Positions 50,252 through 59,828 of a stretch of 64,000 nt of DNA are shown one piece after another. This DNA is from Alphaproteobacteria bacterium (GTDB lineage Bacteria > Pseudomonadota > Alphaproteobacteria > UBA7879 > UBA5542). The stretch covers positions 65,939 to 129,938 of the forward strand of contig JBAWWO010000003.1 in NCBI GenBank assembly GCA_037146715.1, written 5' to 3'. The notes under the pieces are model-generated. The model was not told the DNA's origin. It did not search any database and saw only the letters and a program-made list of their open reading frames with translations. The position numbers and the translations under genes are program-made. How positions within the stretch are numbered: the stretch's first letter is position 1; each line of letters begins with the position of its first letter.

Positions 50252-51649
50252 ATGAAGGCACTCAACTCTATCCTGCTGTCAGGGAAAGAGGTTCTTCCTC
50301 TCGTTGAGGGGGGGAAAGGAATTTCCGTTTCTAATGGGGAAAGCTCTGGTGCTTGGGCCCGAGCCGGTGGCGTTGGGACTTTTTCTGCCGTGAATGCGGA
50401 TGCTCTTGATGAAAATGGCAATCTTATTCCCATTGTCTACCATGGGAAAACCCGTCGAGAACGTCACGATGAATTGATTGCCTATGCTATTCAAGGGGGA
50501 ATCACTCAAGCCAAAATAGCCCATGACATGGCGGGTGGTAAAGGGCGCCTTCATATGAATGTGTTGTGGGAAATGGGGTCTGTTGAGCCCATTCTTCATG
50601 GTATTTTAGGTAATGCAAAAAACTTGGTTCACGGAGTTACTTGTGGGGCAGGAATGCCCTATAAAATTGCTGAAATTGCCGCTGAATATAATGTTCACTA
50701 TTATCCTATAGTTTCTTCTGCTAGAGCCTTTTGGGTTTTATGGAAACGAGCGTTTCATAGGTTTCCTGATTTATTAGGAGCTATTGTTTATGAAGATCCT
50801 TGGAGGGCAGGGGGACACAACGGTCTTAGCCGGGCTGAAGATCCTAACAATCCAGAAGATCCCTATTTCCGCGTATTAGAACTTCGCAAAGTTCTTAGAG
50901 AGTTTGGATTGGGACATATTCCTATTATCATGGCGGGCGGCGTTTGGTTTTTAAGAGAATGGGAAGCGTGGATCGATAACCCAGAGCTAGGGCCTATTGC
51001 CTTTCAGTTTGGAACGCGCCCACTATTGACTCAGGAAAGTCCTATTTCTGCTGAATGGAAACATAAACTTCTTCACCTGAAAAAAGGCGATATTTTCTTG
51101 AATAAATTCAGTCCTACAGGATTTTATTCATCGGCTGTGCGCAACACCTTTTTAAATGATCTTATGGCCCGTTCAGAAAGACAAGTTGCTTACACAACTC
51201 AACCTATTGGCGAACATAATATGTCCTTCCCCGTTGGGCCGCGTGCGCGCGAAGTATTTCTGACCTTAGAAGATTTAGAACACGCCAAAAAATGGGTGGC
51301 TAAGGGATACACCGAAGCCTTGCGAACCCCTGATACAACCTTGATTTTTGTGACACCTGAAAGTGCACAGACTATTCATGAAGATCAAGTCAATTGTATG
51401 GGGTGCTTAAGCGCTTGTATGTTTAGTAATTGGGCTCAAGGACCTGAAGGCTCAACAGGAAAGAAAGCGGACCCCCGATCTTTCTGTATTCAAAAAACCC
51501 TTCAATCCATTTCTCATGGAGGATCCGTTGATCAGCAACTGATGTTTGCGGGCCATAATGCCTATAGATTTGCTTCGGATCCTTTCTATAAGGATGGGTT
51601 TGTTCCTACTGTTCAGCAGTTGATTGAGCGCCTTCAAACGGGCGACTGA
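50252..51649 (+). CDS. nitronate monooxygenase (2-nitropropane dioxygenase) family FMN-dependent oxidoreductase, long form
   Basis: 465 aa. The N-terminal GG-x-G…AGGVG pattern (VEGGKGISVSNGESSGAWARAGGVG) and a later IIMAGGV motif resemble NMO/FabK-like TIM-barrel flavoproteins. It lies 19 nt downstream of pnp. Confidence 0.45.
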   Translation: MKALNSILLSGKEVLPLVEGGKGISVSNGESSGAWARAGGVGTFSAVNADALDENGNLIPIVYHGKTRRERHDELIAYAIQGGITQAKIAHDMAGGKGRLHMNVLWEMGSVEPILHGILGNAKNLVHGVTCGAGMPYKIAEIAAEYNVHYYPIVSSARAFWVLWKRAFHRFPDLLGAIVYEDPWRAGGHNGLSRAEDPNNPEDPYFRVLELRKVLREFGLGHIPIIMAGGVWFLREWEAWIDNPELGPIAFQFGTRPLLTQESPISAEWKHKLLHLKKGDIFLNKFSPTGFYSSAVRNTFLNDLMARSERQVAYTTQPIGEHNMSFPVGPRAREVFLTLEDLEHAKKWVAKGYTEALRTPDTTLIFVTPESAQTIHEDQVNCMGCLSACMFSNWAQGPEGSTGKKADPRSFCIQKTLQSISHGGSVDQQLMFAGHNAYRFASDPFYKDGFVPTVQQLIERLQTGD

Positions 51650-52103
51650 TATGTTTCGCACCATCGTCCTGATGCTATTTATCATTTGGGGCGTTAAAGC
51701 GTCCGATGACCGGTTGCCTTTACCCCGATTTGCTACCTTGAAGACAGATTTGATTAACTTACGGGTGGGGCCTGGTGAAAATTTCCCCATTACAGATGTG
51801 TATAAAAAGAAAAATTTCCCCATACAAATTGTGGCGGAATTTCAAGACTGGCGGAAGATTAAAGATTTTGAGGAAACCACAGGCTGGGTCCACAAAAGCA
51901 TGTTAAAAGGCAAAAGATTTTGTTTGATTCTAAAACCCACCTTCCTGTTTAAAAAGCCCTTGGAAGATTCGGGGAAAAAAGCAAAAATTCATCAACATGT
52001 GGTGGCTGAGCTAAAGGGTTGTAACCAAAATTTCTGTCGCCTAGTCTTTTCTGACATGAAGATGGAGGGGTGGGTTCTAAAAAGCACTTTGTGGGGCGTA
52101 TAA
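51624..52103 (+). CDS. SH3-like domain-containing protein (DUF1058 type)
   Basis: 159 aa with an N-terminal signal/TM segment and a bacterial SH3-like core (…LINLRVGPGENFPITDVYKKKNFPIQIV…WRKIKDFEETTGWVHKSML). Confidence 0.5.
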   Translation: MSAFKRATDMFRTIVLMLFIIWGVKASDDRLPLPRFATLKTDLINLRVGPGENFPITDVYKKKNFPIQIVAEFQDWRKIKDFEETTGWVHKSMLKGKRFCLILKPTFLFKKPLEDSGKKAKIHQHVVAELKGCNQNFCRLVFSDMKMEGWVLKSTLWGV

Positions 52104-52107
52104 AAAC

Positions 52108-52200
52108 CTAGCTATTTTGGGGGTAACGCAAGAAGTAAGACATGGGTCTTGGGTCAAGCCCGAGGAAATCAATAATAGAGAGCCCGAGGAAAACAAAAAA
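52108..52200. repeat. intergenic palindromic repeat, family A variant (…AACGCAAGAAGTAAGACATGGGTCTTGGGTCAAGCCCGAGGAA…GAGCCCGAGGAAAAC)
   Basis: It shares the AACGCAAGARGTAAGRC…GGGTCAAGCCCGAGGAA architecture with the 17200 and 57660 copies. Confidence 0.65.
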
Positions 52201-52211
52201 ATAGAAGAAGT

Positions 52212-52676
52212 CTACTTCTTTGTTTTTTCTTCTTCTTGCTTATTGCTGAAAATCAGCTGACCGATTAGGTTCTCAAGGATAATGGAAGATTGTGCGTACT
52301 TAATATCCTCACCAGGCTTTAGCATTTCATCAGCACCGCCCGGAACCAGGGCAATATATTTCCCGCCTAATAAGCTTTCGCTCACGATTGAGGCCGACGT
52401 ATCAACAGGAAGAGTCACAGTGGGTTCTATTTTAAGAGTTGCAACAGCTAAATATTTAATAGGATCTAGAACCAGTTTGTGAACAGTGCCAATCCGAATG
52501 CCGCTGACTTTTACGTCACTGCCTTGAACCAAGCCATCGGCCCGATCAAACTTAACTAGGATTTCGTACCCTCCTTGATCATCATTACGTGTGCTGATAT
52601 AGGCATAAGTTAAAAGAAACAGGGCAATAACAACAACAATTCCCCCAACAATGGTTTCTGTTAAGTGTTCGCGCAT
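52212..52676 (-). CDS. mlaD: outer-membrane lipid asymmetry maintenance protein MlaD (MCE domain)
   Basis: 154 aa with an N-terminal TM anchor and an MCE domain (…GSDVKVSGIRIGTVHKLVLDP…). Confidence 0.8.
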   Translation of the reverse strand: MREHLTETIVGGIVVVIALFLLTYAYISTRNDDQGGYEILVKFDRADGLVQGSDVKVSGIRIGTVHKLVLDPIKYLAVATLKIEPTVTLPVDTSASIVSESLLGGKYIALVPGGADEMLKPGEDIKYAQSSIILENLIGQLIFSNKQEEEKTKK

Positions 52677-52718
52677 TCGAGTGGTCTCCTTACAAATTTA
52701 GCTTATTTTGACATAGAT

Positions 52719-53075
52719 TTACTCGGGTGTCCAAGACTTGTATGTTTTTTTTGCTTTGGATTTTGATTCGAGGGAATTATAAGTGTAAGCGGTTCCCGAT
52801 AAATTAGGAACATAGGGCTTTTGCCAGGGTTGATTTTGTTTCAGTTCAGGTACGCGCTCAGTTGTATAATGCAGCCATCCATGCCAATCGGCGGGAATTT
52901 TTGAACCCTCGGCTTTTCCTTTATAGACAACCCAGCGTTTAGGGTAGCTTTTTGATCTTAAAAAGAAATAGCGGTCTTGGTAGTAGGTGTTGCCATAGAG
53001 ATCTGTTCCTATTTTGATACACAGACCCGTGAACCTTTTTATAAAAGTAATTCCAAAATTTATATAACCACGCAT
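52719..53075 (-). CDS. NADH:ubiquinone oxidoreductase subunit NDUFA12-like protein
   Basis: 118 aa. The GTDLYGNTYYQ…RWVVY…SKIPADWHGWLHYT pattern is the hallmark of the NDUFA12/B17.2 family found in Alphaproteobacteria. Confidence 0.8.
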   Translation of the reverse strand: MRGYINFGITFIKRFTGLCIKIGTDLYGNTYYQDRYFFLRSKSYPKRWVVYKGKAEGSKIPADWHGWLHYTTERVPELKQNQPWQKPYVPNLSGTAYTYNSLESKSKAKKTYKSWTPE

Positions 53076-53174
53076 ATTTTAGATCAGACATAAGGTTGCG
53101 AGAATTTCAAGAGAAATTTTTTAAAAAAGTGAAAAAAATATGCTTGCGGTAAGGGAGGTTCGATTCTATTCTAA

Positions 53175-53220
53175 AACAAGATGTAGGGGAAAAATCTTAT
53201 AATAAATACTATATCTTGTA
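53175..53220 (+). promoter_or_regulatory. candidate operator upstream of nrdJ: two copies of a TAYATCTTGT motif about 30 bp apart, NrdR-box-like
   Basis: AAACAAGATGTAGGGG at about 53175-53190 (reverse orientation) and TACTATATCTTGTAAC at about 53205-53220 sit about 50 bp upstream of the GGAGG/GTG start of nrdJ. The roughly three-turn spacing resembles the tandem NrdR boxes seen before nrd operons. Confidence 0.25.
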
Positions 53221-53269
53221 ACAGGGGCTAAAAAGGCAAGCGTTGTAATTGTAACTTTTGGAGGACTTC

Positions 53270-56200
53270 GTGCGTATTGAACGTCATTTTACTCAGGTGG
53301 GAAAATCACCTTATGAAGGAATTGCCTTCAAGAAAATTTCCTGTGAAATTAAGAATCCCGATGGGACTATTGTCTTTCAACTTAAAAATGTTGAAGTTCC
53401 AGAAAGCTGGTCTCAAGTTGCCTCTGACGTTCTTGCACAAAAATATTTCAGAAAAGCGGGTGTTCCTAGCGCCTTGAAGACCGTTGCGGAAAAAGATATT
53501 CCTGCTTGGCTTTACCGATCTGTAGCCGATGAAGCAGCTTTGGCAAAATTACCGGAAGACGAGCAATTTGGTGCAGAAACTTCTTCCCAACAAGTTTTTG
53601 ATCGCTTGGTGGGCACATGGACCTATTGGGCTTGGAAGGGTGGCTATTTTGATACGGAAGCTGATGCCCAAACTTATTTTGATGAAATGCGTTACATGTT
53701 GTGCTTGCAATTTGCAGCCCCGAATTCTCCTCAATGGTTTAACACAGGGCTACATTGGGCTTATGGCATTGATGGTCCCGCTCAAGGACACTACTATGTA
53801 GATCCAAAAACAAAAGAACTTGTAAAATCAGCCAGTTCCTATGAAAGACCCCAACCTCACGCTTGTTTCATTCAAAGTGTTCAAGATGATTTGGTAAATG
53901 AAGGCGGTATTATGGACCTATGGGTTCGAGAAGCGCGCTTGTTTAAATATGGGTCAGGCACAGGCACTAACTTTTCTAACCTGCGGGGTAATGGGGAATC
54001 TTTGTCAGGTGGGGGTAAATCTTCTGGCATGATGAGCTTCCTGCGTATTGGGGACCGGGCAGCTGGCGCTATTAAATCTGGCGGCACAACCCGTCGGGCG
54101 GCCAAGATGGTGACCGTTAACATCGACCACCCGGACATTGAAGAATATATCAACTGGAAAATGATCGAAGAACAAAAGGTATCTTCTTTAGTTTCTGGTT
54201 CAAAACTGACCCGTCGTCATCTGAATAATATTATGAAGGCTTGTTATGAAGGCAACGCTGAAACAGCGGAAGTTGACCTTAAAAAGAACGAACCCCTAAA
54301 GCTGGCCATCAAAGAGGCTAGAAAAGTTCTGATTCCTGATAATTATATTCAACGTATTTTGCAGTTGGCCTCTCAGGGGGAAAAGACTATCGACTTTAAA
54401 GACTATGATACAGATTGGAATTCAGAAGCTTATTCAACAGTTTCTGGGCAAAATTCTAACAACTCAGTTCGTGTGACCAATGATTTTATTCGTCGAGCAC
54501 TGCAGGGGGAATCGTGGGATCTTATTGGGCGCCGCAATGGAAAAGTTTTCAAGACGGTCAATGCCCGTGACTTGTGGAACAAAATTGGATATGCCGCGTG
54601 GGCCTGTGCTGATCCAGGATTGCAGTATGATACAACGGTGAATGAATGGCACACGTGCCCGAATCATGGGACTATTAAGGCGTCAAATCCTTGTTCTGAA
54701 TATATGTTTTTGGATGATACGGCTTGTAACTTGGCCTCCCTTAACCTAATGAAATTTCATAAGACATCTGAAGGGAAAAATTCTTTTGATCTGGAAGGCT
54801 ATGTCTATGCCGTTCGCTTGTGGACTTTGACGCTGGAAATAGCGGTGGAAATGTCACAGCTTCCTTCCAAAGAAATTGCCTTGGGTACTTATAAGTATAG
54901 AACTTTAGGATTGGGTTATGCCAATATTGGGGGCTTGTTAATGGCTTCAGGTCTTTCTTATGACAGTAAGGAAGCTCGTGCCCTTGCTGCAGCTCTAACA
55001 GCTGTGATGACGGGTGTAAGCTATAAAACCTCAGCTGAAATGGCAAAAGAATTAGGGACCTTTGAGGGATTCGCTGATAACCGAGAGCCTATGTTGCGCG
55101 TTATTCGAAATCATCGTCATGCGGCCTATAGCAAAAAAGATGGTTATGAATCTTTAGAAATAAATCCTGTTCCATTGGATGAAGAAAATTGCCCTTATCA
55201 AGCTCTCGTATCAAAAGCGCGGCAGTCTTGGGACGAAGCATTGTCTTTAGGGGAACAATTCGGATACAGAAACGCTCAGGTTACGGTTATTGCTCCCACG
55301 GGGACAATTGGTCTGGTGATGGACTGCGATACCACGGGAATTGAACCAGACTTTGCTTTGGTGAAATTCAAGAAACTTGCCGGGGGTGGATACTTTAAAA
55401 TCATCAACCAAATGGTTCCAAGTGCTTTAAGAACCTTGGGCTATTCGGAAACGGAAATTGAAGAAATGACCCGTTACGCCGTGGGTCATGGGACGCTCGA
55501 AAATGGTCCTCATGTCAACTTTGAAACTCTAAAGACCAAAGGGTTTACAGACGCAGTTTTAAATTCAATCAAGACATCTTTAAAAAGTGCCTTTGATATT
55601 AAATTCGTCTTTAACAAATGGACTTTGGGTGAAGAATTTTGCACAGATGTTCTGAAGTTTTCTAAGGAACAACTGGATTCGCCCCAATTTGATATGCTGC
55701 TGTCCCTGGGATTCAGCAAAGACCACATTGAAGAAGCGAATGCTTACTGTTGCGGAACTATGACTCTTGAGGGTGCACCCCATCTGAAAGATGAGCATCT
55801 GTCTGTCTTTGATTGTGCATCCCCCTGTGGTCGTATTGGCAAAAGATATCTTTCTGTTGAAAGTCATATTCGCATGATGGCAGCGGCCCAACCCTTCATT
55901 TCAGGGGCTATCTCCAAAACCATTAATATGCATAACCAGGCTACCATTGAAGAATGCAAAAAAGCGTATCTTCTATCTTGGGAATTGGGTCTGAAGGCCA
56001 ATGCCTTGTACCGTGATGGATCTAAGCTGTCTCAACCATTGAATTCCAGCACTTTTGTGTTAGAGGACGAAGATGAGTCCGAAGTGGTGCAAGAGCTTCT
56101 TGCCCAATCTAAACCTGCCCAAACGGCAGCCATTGTGGAGCGCATTATTGAAAAAATCATCCACAAGGCGGAAAGGCGTTCTTTGCCCTTGCGTCGTAAG

Positions 56201-56905
56201 GGATACACGCAAAAAGCTTCTGTGGGTGGGCACAAAGTCTACATCCGTACAGGGGAATATGAAGACGGAAAATTAGGTGAAATTTTCATCGACATGCATA
56301 AAGAGGGCGCAGCCTTCCGCAGCCTGATGAACAACTTTGCCATGGCGATTTCCATTGGTCTTCAATATGGAACGCCCCTAGAAGAATTCGTTGAAGCCTT
56401 TACGTTCACGCGGTTTGAACCTGCCGGAATGGTAACTGGAAACGATGCCATCAAGATGGCAACATCGATTTCCGATTACATTTTCCGGGAATTGGCCATT
56501 TCATATCTGGGGCGGACAGATTTAGCCCATGTGAATATTCAAGATTTGATGCCTGATAGCATTTCTATTCCAACCAGTAGTGCTCCTGAAGCATCCCCTG
56601 TTCAAAAAGCGGCCAGCAATGGGTACATGCGAAAAAATATTTATGTTCTGAATAAAGGAGCGACGGCTCGACAAGAGGCGCCTTCAGCCTCAGCCGGGGC
56701 TCTACAAGCTGGGGCAACAGCCCTGCAAACAGCTCCTGTTGTGGAACAAGAAGAATCTACAGATGATTACTCAAAGAAGATACGGGAAGCCCGCATGAAA
56801 GGCTACGAAGGGGACGCCTGTGGCGATTGCGGAAATTTCACACTGGTTCGGAATGGAACGTGTATGAAGTGTAATACCTGTGGCAGCACCAGCGGCTGCT
56901 CGTAA
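53270..56905 (+). CDS. nrdJ: class II (adenosylcobalamin-dependent) ribonucleoside-diphosphate reductase
   Basis: About 1211 aa from the GTG at 53270, which lies 6 nt after GGAGG. The long alphaproteobacterial NrdJ architecture is present, with the catalytic-site NPCSE motif, a B12-binding region and the C-terminal Cys-rich tail ([28 protein letters not shown]). Confidence 0.9.
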   Translation: MRIERHFTQVGKSPYEGIAFKKISCEIKNPDGTIVFQLKNVEVPESWSQVASDVLAQKYFRKAGVPSALKTVAEKDIPAWLYRSVADEAALAKLPEDEQFGAETSSQQVFDRLVGTWTYWAWKGGYFDTEADAQTYFDEMRYMLCLQFAAPNSPQWFNTGLHWAYGIDGPAQGHYYVDPKTKELVKSASSYERPQPHACFIQSVQDDLVNEGGIMDLWVREARLFKYGSGTGTNFSNLRGNGESLSGGGKSSGMMSFLRIGDRAAGAIKSGGTTRRAAKMVTVNIDHPDIEEYINWKMIEEQKVSSLVSGSKLTRRHLNNIMKACYEGNAETAEVDLKKNEPLKLAIKEARKVLIPDNYIQRILQLASQGEKTIDFKDYDTDWNSEAYSTVSGQNSNNSVRVTNDFIRRALQGESWDLIGRRNGKVFKTVNARDLWNKIGYAAWACADPGLQYDTTVNEWHTCPNHGTIKASNPCSEYMFLDDTACNLASLNLMKFHKTSEGKNSFDLEGYVYAVRLWTLTLEIAVEMSQLPSKEIALGTYKYRTLGLGYANIGGLLMASGLSYDSKEARALAAALTAVMTGVSYKTSAEMAKELGTFEGFADNREPMLRVIRNHRHAAYSKKDGYESLEINPVPLDEENCPYQALVSKARQSWDEALSLGEQFGYRNAQVTVIAPTGTIGLVMDCDTTGIEPDFALVKFKKLAGGGYFKIINQMVPSALRTLGYSETEIEEMTRYAVGHGTLENGPHVNFETLKTKGFTDAVLNSIKTSLKSAFDIKFVFNKWTLGEEFCTDVLKFSKEQLDSPQFDMLLSLGFSKDHIEEANAYCCGTMTLEGAPHLKDEHLSVFDCASPCGRIGKRYLSVESHIRMMAAAQPFISGAISKTINMHNQATIEECKKAYLLSWELGLKANALYRDGSKLSQPLNSSTFVLEDEDESEVVQELLAQSKPAQTAAIVERIIEKIIHKAERRSLPLRRKGYTQKASVGGHKVYIRTGEYEDGKLGEIFIDMHKEGAAFRSLMNNFAMAISIGLQYGTPLEEFVEAFTFTRFEPAGMVTGNDAIKMATSISDYIFRELAISYLGRTDLAHVNIQDLMPDSISIPTSSAPEASPVQKAASNGYMRKNIYVLNKGATARQEAPSASAGALQAGATALQTAPVVEQEESTDDYSKKIREARMKGYEGDACGDCGNFTLVRNGTCMKCNTCGSTSGCS

Positions 56906-57039
56906 AAAAACCCTTCTTTTGGGGTCTTCCATCGCAAAACTGGAAGATGTACATGTCAAGCCTTCGACCCTGGTTTCACGCGGATTGCCCGTAAAACATT
57001 GGTTTTTAGGGGAAGAGCTTTTTGGCCGATTATTTTGTG

Positions 57040-57180
57040 AAATGCCCTCCCAATTGATTCCCTCGGGCTTTGACCCGAGGGTCTCGCGGGTGCGGAACGC
57101 GCCCTCGCGTTAGGTCACACCAAAAAATAAGGGGTGGGTCCTCGGGTCAAACCCAAGGAGTTCAAGAAGGTGATGTATCT
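57040..57180. repeat. composite palindromic repeat: family C hairpin (ATTCCCTCGGGCTTTGACCCGAGGGTCT) plus GGTGCGGAACGC…GTTAGGT linker plus degenerate family A core
   Basis: It is near-identical in architecture to the copy at 57592-57740. The perfect 8-bp stem CCCTCGGG/CCCGAGGG has a 6-nt loop. Confidence 0.7.
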
Positions 57181-57333
57181 TTTTCCCTTGCCTTTTTTTC
57201 CAAAAAAGCTAATATTCAGAAAAAGAGTTTGAAGCGACTTCAAATTCAAATAATAAAAAAAGTAAGCGTGGAGTTCCTGTGATTGCAACACATAGAACCC
57301 CACTAATCGTATAAACCTAAAACGGAGGTCTAC

Positions 57334-57528
57334 ATGACTGATCACAATCTAAACGATTTTCTCTATACTTTAAAGAGCCTTGATGCACACTATAAGCGTT
57401 TGATTGATCTATTGGATCATCAAAAGCAAATGGAGGATGGCATTCTCAATACATTAAGAGACATTCGTTTTCTTCACGCGGAGGTGCGCTATACTTATTT
57501 GCGTCCGCCGCGTGAAACTTTGCAGTAA
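57334..57528 (+). CDS. small hypothetical protein (64 aa) embedded in the repeat island
   Basis: A strong SD (AACGGAGG) lies 7 nt before the ATG. The predicted protein is helical (MTDHNLNDFLYTLKSLDAHYKRLIDLLDHQKQ…). No family was recognised. Confidence 0.4.
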   Translation: MTDHNLNDFLYTLKSLDAHYKRLIDLLDHQKQMEDGILNTLRDIRFLHAEVRYTYLRPPRETLQ

Positions 57529-57529
57529 A

Positions 57530-57750
57530 AAGAAAGCTGGATTGCTTCGTCAGCCTGCGGCTTCCTCTGGATGACGAGAGCCGGACTCACCCCAATTGGA
57601 TTCCCTCGGGCTTCTACCCGAGGGTCTAAGGGTGCGGAACGCAGGTCCGTTAGGTTAGCAGAAGAAGTAAGGCGTGGGTCCTCGGGTCAAGCCCGAGGAA
57701 TTCAAAAAAAGAGAGCCCGAGGAAAGCAAGGGGGGCTCGAGGAATTCAAG
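57530..57750. repeat. tandem mosaic of repeat units: family B (GCTGGATTGCTTCGTCAGCCTGCGG…), family C hairpin (ATTCCCTCGGGCTTCTACCCGAGGGTCT), and family A core (GTAAGGCGTGGGTCCTCGGGTCAAGCCCGAGGAA) followed by GAGCCCGAGGAAAGC / GCTCGAGGAATTC tails
   Basis: All three repeat families occur head-to-tail here. The canonical family A copy has a perfect 8-bp stem TCCTCGGG/CCCGAGGA and a TCAAG loop. Confidence 0.75.
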
Positions 57751-57807
57751 GGGGGGATGAGGAAGGCAAAAAAGAGACACTCAAAGATGACAGAAGGGGA
57801 AGAATTT

Positions 57808-58584
57808 CTACAGCTCACACCACAAAGGAACATGATCTGACGGTCTTGTCTTTCCCCGCCAATCGCGATCGACACCCACTTTTTTCACGTGAGACTGGGC
57901 CAGGGGTGAACCCAGCAAATGATCTATCCGCATGCCGTGATTCTTATGCCAGGAGCCCGCCCGATAATCCCACCAAGTATACCAATCTGAATTTTTTGAA
58001 ATATCTATAGGATGCAGCTGACGCACCAAATCTTGAAATCCTGTTTGCAACAAGGCCTCAAAATGCTTGCGTTCCTCTGTACTGGTTAAAATAACTTCCT
58101 TTAGTTTTTTTGCGTCATAAACATCAGCGTCTTCCGGGGCTACATTATAGTCCCCGCCGATCACTGATTTTTCCTTGTAGGTGTTTAATTTTTTCAGATG
58201 CTTTTCCAGGTGTTTAAAAAAGTCTAGTTTGTATGCAAAGCTTTTTGAGCCCACTTCCTGTCCGTTGGGAACGTAGACTGAGGCTACCCGCACGCCATTG
58301 GTAAAGGCTTCAACATATCGGGCGGCAGGATCTTCAAATCCGGGCAGACCATACTGGATATCCTCAAGAGGGGACTTGGATAAAATGGCAACCCCGTTAT
58401 AGGTTTTTTGCCCATGAACAGCCAGGTTATACCCCAGATCGGAAAAGATCTCAGCAGGGAATTTCTCTGTGATGCACTTGAGTTCTTGAAATAGAATAAC
58501 GTGGGGGGAGGTATGGTGAATCCAGTCCAAAACCAGCTCTAACCGGGCGCCGATAGAATTCACATTCCAGGTGGCAATGCGCAT
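57808..58584 (-). CDS. xth: exodeoxyribonuclease III
   Basis: About 258 aa from the ATG at 58584 (MRIATWNVNSI…) with the EEP-fold catalytic residues (…DHVPLW…). Confidence 0.9.
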   Translation of the reverse strand: MRIATWNVNSIGARLELVLDWIHHTSPHVILFQELKCITEKFPAEIFSDLGYNLAVHGQKTYNGVAILSKSPLEDIQYGLPGFEDPAARYVEAFTNGVRVASVYVPNGQEVGSKSFAYKLDFFKHLEKHLKKLNTYKEKSVIGGDYNVAPEDADVYDAKKLKEVILTSTEERKHFEALLQTGFQDLVRQLHPIDISKNSDWYTWWDYRAGSWHKNHGMRIDHLLGSPLAQSHVKKVGVDRDWRGKTRPSDHVPLWCEL

Positions 58585-58586
58585 GC

Positions 58587-58925
58587 TTAAACCGTAAAAG
58601 AACTGCCACACCCGCAGGAACTTTGGGCATTGGGATTTTTGATGGTGAAATAGGAGCCGATTAATTCTTCCACGTAATCCAGTTGGCTGTTTTTTAGAAA
58701 CTCAAAAGAGGTGGGATCTATGATAACTTTCGCGCCGGTGTGCTCAAAAACCAAGTCGTCTTTTTGGGTGCTTTCTTCAAAAGAAAAAACATATTGAAAG
58801 CCTGAACAGCCGCCGGAATCAACAGATATTCTTAAGATTTTTTTATGAGGATCTTGCTTTGCGGCACTTATAACCTGCCGCGCCGCCGTTTCTGTAATGG
58901 TAAAAAGGGGGTTATTTTTTGTCAT
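58587..58925 (-). CDS. erpA: iron-sulfur cluster insertion protein ErpA (HesB/IscA family)
   Basis: 112 aa with the C-terminal Cys motif SCGCGSSF and the conserved upstream Cys in CSGFQY. Confidence 0.85.
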   Translation of the reverse strand: MTKNNPLFTITETAARQVISAAKQDPHKKILRISVDSGGCSGFQYVFSFEESTQKDDLVFEHTGAKVIIDPTSFEFLKNSQLDYVEELIGSYFTIKNPNAQSSCGCGSSFTV

Positions 58926-59076
58926 GGGGGTGCCTTAGCGCTTCATTTGAAAGTCTGAGACTTCTTTTATGAGGGTGTGAATAGAGGGGTGTGTCATTTC
59001 GAGGCTCCTTTATGCAGAACTGTAGCAAAGTTTCAAACGTATATCAAGGATTGCAAGGACGGGACAGGTGAGGTAG

Positions 59077-59244
59077 TCAATCTTCTTGATCTGAGTCGGG
59101 GAGGGGTTCTTCAGGGGTTTCCTGGGTGGGGATTACATAAACCCCCGCAATCCAGCGGTGTAAGTCAATTTGTTTGCAGCGGTCCGAACAAAAGGGCCTA
59201 TGGTCTTGGACTGTTGGTTTTTTGCAAAGGGGGCACTTCGTCAT
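59077..59244 (-). CDS. yacG: DNA gyrase inhibitor YacG (zinc-ribbon)
   Basis: Manual translation of the minus strand gives the 55-aa MTKCPLCKKPTVQDHRPFCSDRCKQIDLHRWIAGVYVIPTQETPEEPLPDSDQED. The CPxC…RPFCSxRC…IDL…W…IP pattern is the YacG signature. The start lies 2 nt after the maf stop, in the conserved maf-yacG arrangement. It is absent from the ORF track because it is under 60 aa. Confidence 0.75.
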   Translation of the reverse strand: MTKCPLCKKPTVQDHRPFCSDRCKQIDLHRWIAGVYVIPTQETPEEPLPDSDQED

Positions 59245-59246
59245 TT

Positions 59247-59828
59247 TTAGCTTTCCGTGACTTGGGACCGAATCCCAAAGCTTTCAAGCAAACTACAGGT
59301 TTCAAATAGGGGCAACCCCATGATATTTGAGTAGGATCCATTTACAGATTTAATCAGTTTGCCCGCAAATTTTTCAATACACAGGCCGCCACTGGTGCTT
59401 TTCCATTGGTTTGAATTTAGATTATCTATGATGTCTTGGTCAGATAGGCGTTTCATAGAAATACGGGTGGATGCAAAGCGCTCAACTGTGCGATTTTTGT
59501 CTTTCACAACCACATAGGAATAAACCTGTTGTCGTCTTCCAGAAAAAGAGTTCAACATGTCTTTGGATTCTTCGCGATTAAGGGGTTTTTGAAAAATTCG
59601 CAAACCCATGACAATAATAGTGTCGGCCGCTAAAATAATGTCATCAGGGTTTTTTTCTAGGGCTAAATTTGCTTTTGCATGGGCAATGCGTTTCACATAA
59701 TCCTTGGGCTTTTCCCGGGGCAAAACAGATTCATCGATATTACAGGGGAAAATTTTGTCCGGGTGAATAAAAACCTGCTGCAAAAGCATAAGCCGATAAG
59801 GAGAAGCAGAAGCTAGGATCAAAGCCAT
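59247..59828 (-). CDS. maf: Maf-like nucleoside triphosphate pyrophosphatase (septum-formation protein Maf)
   Basis: 193 aa with the N-terminal LILASASPYR and internal Maf motifs (…GAD…). It shares one nucleotide with the infA stop (TAATG). Confidence 0.85.
   Translation of the reverse strand: MALILASASPYRLMLLQQVFIHPDKIFPCNIDESVLPREKPKDYVKRIAHAKANLALEKNPDDIILAADTIIVMGLRIFQKPLNREESKDMLNSFSGRRQQVYSYVVVKDKNRTVERFASTRISMKRLSDQDIIDNLNSNQWKSTSGGLCIEKFAGKLIKSVNGSYSNIMGLPLFETCSLLESFGIRSQVTES

Noticed and set aside
53140-53200. tRNA-like T-loop sequence GGTTCGATTC in the nrdJ leader
   Set aside because: No complementary acceptor stem or anticodon arm can be drawn from the flanking 70-80 nt. It is treated as a chance match.
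56906-57807. Possible CRISPR array because of recurring about 35-nt palindromic units
   Set aside because: The units are not identical direct repeats and are not regularly spaced by unique spacers. They occur singly at many loci and no cas genes are present, so they are REP-like elements, not CRISPR.
58977-59309. 110-aa ORF on the plus strand
   Set aside because: It is antisense to the well-supported yacG and to the maf 3' end. It has no SD or family signal.
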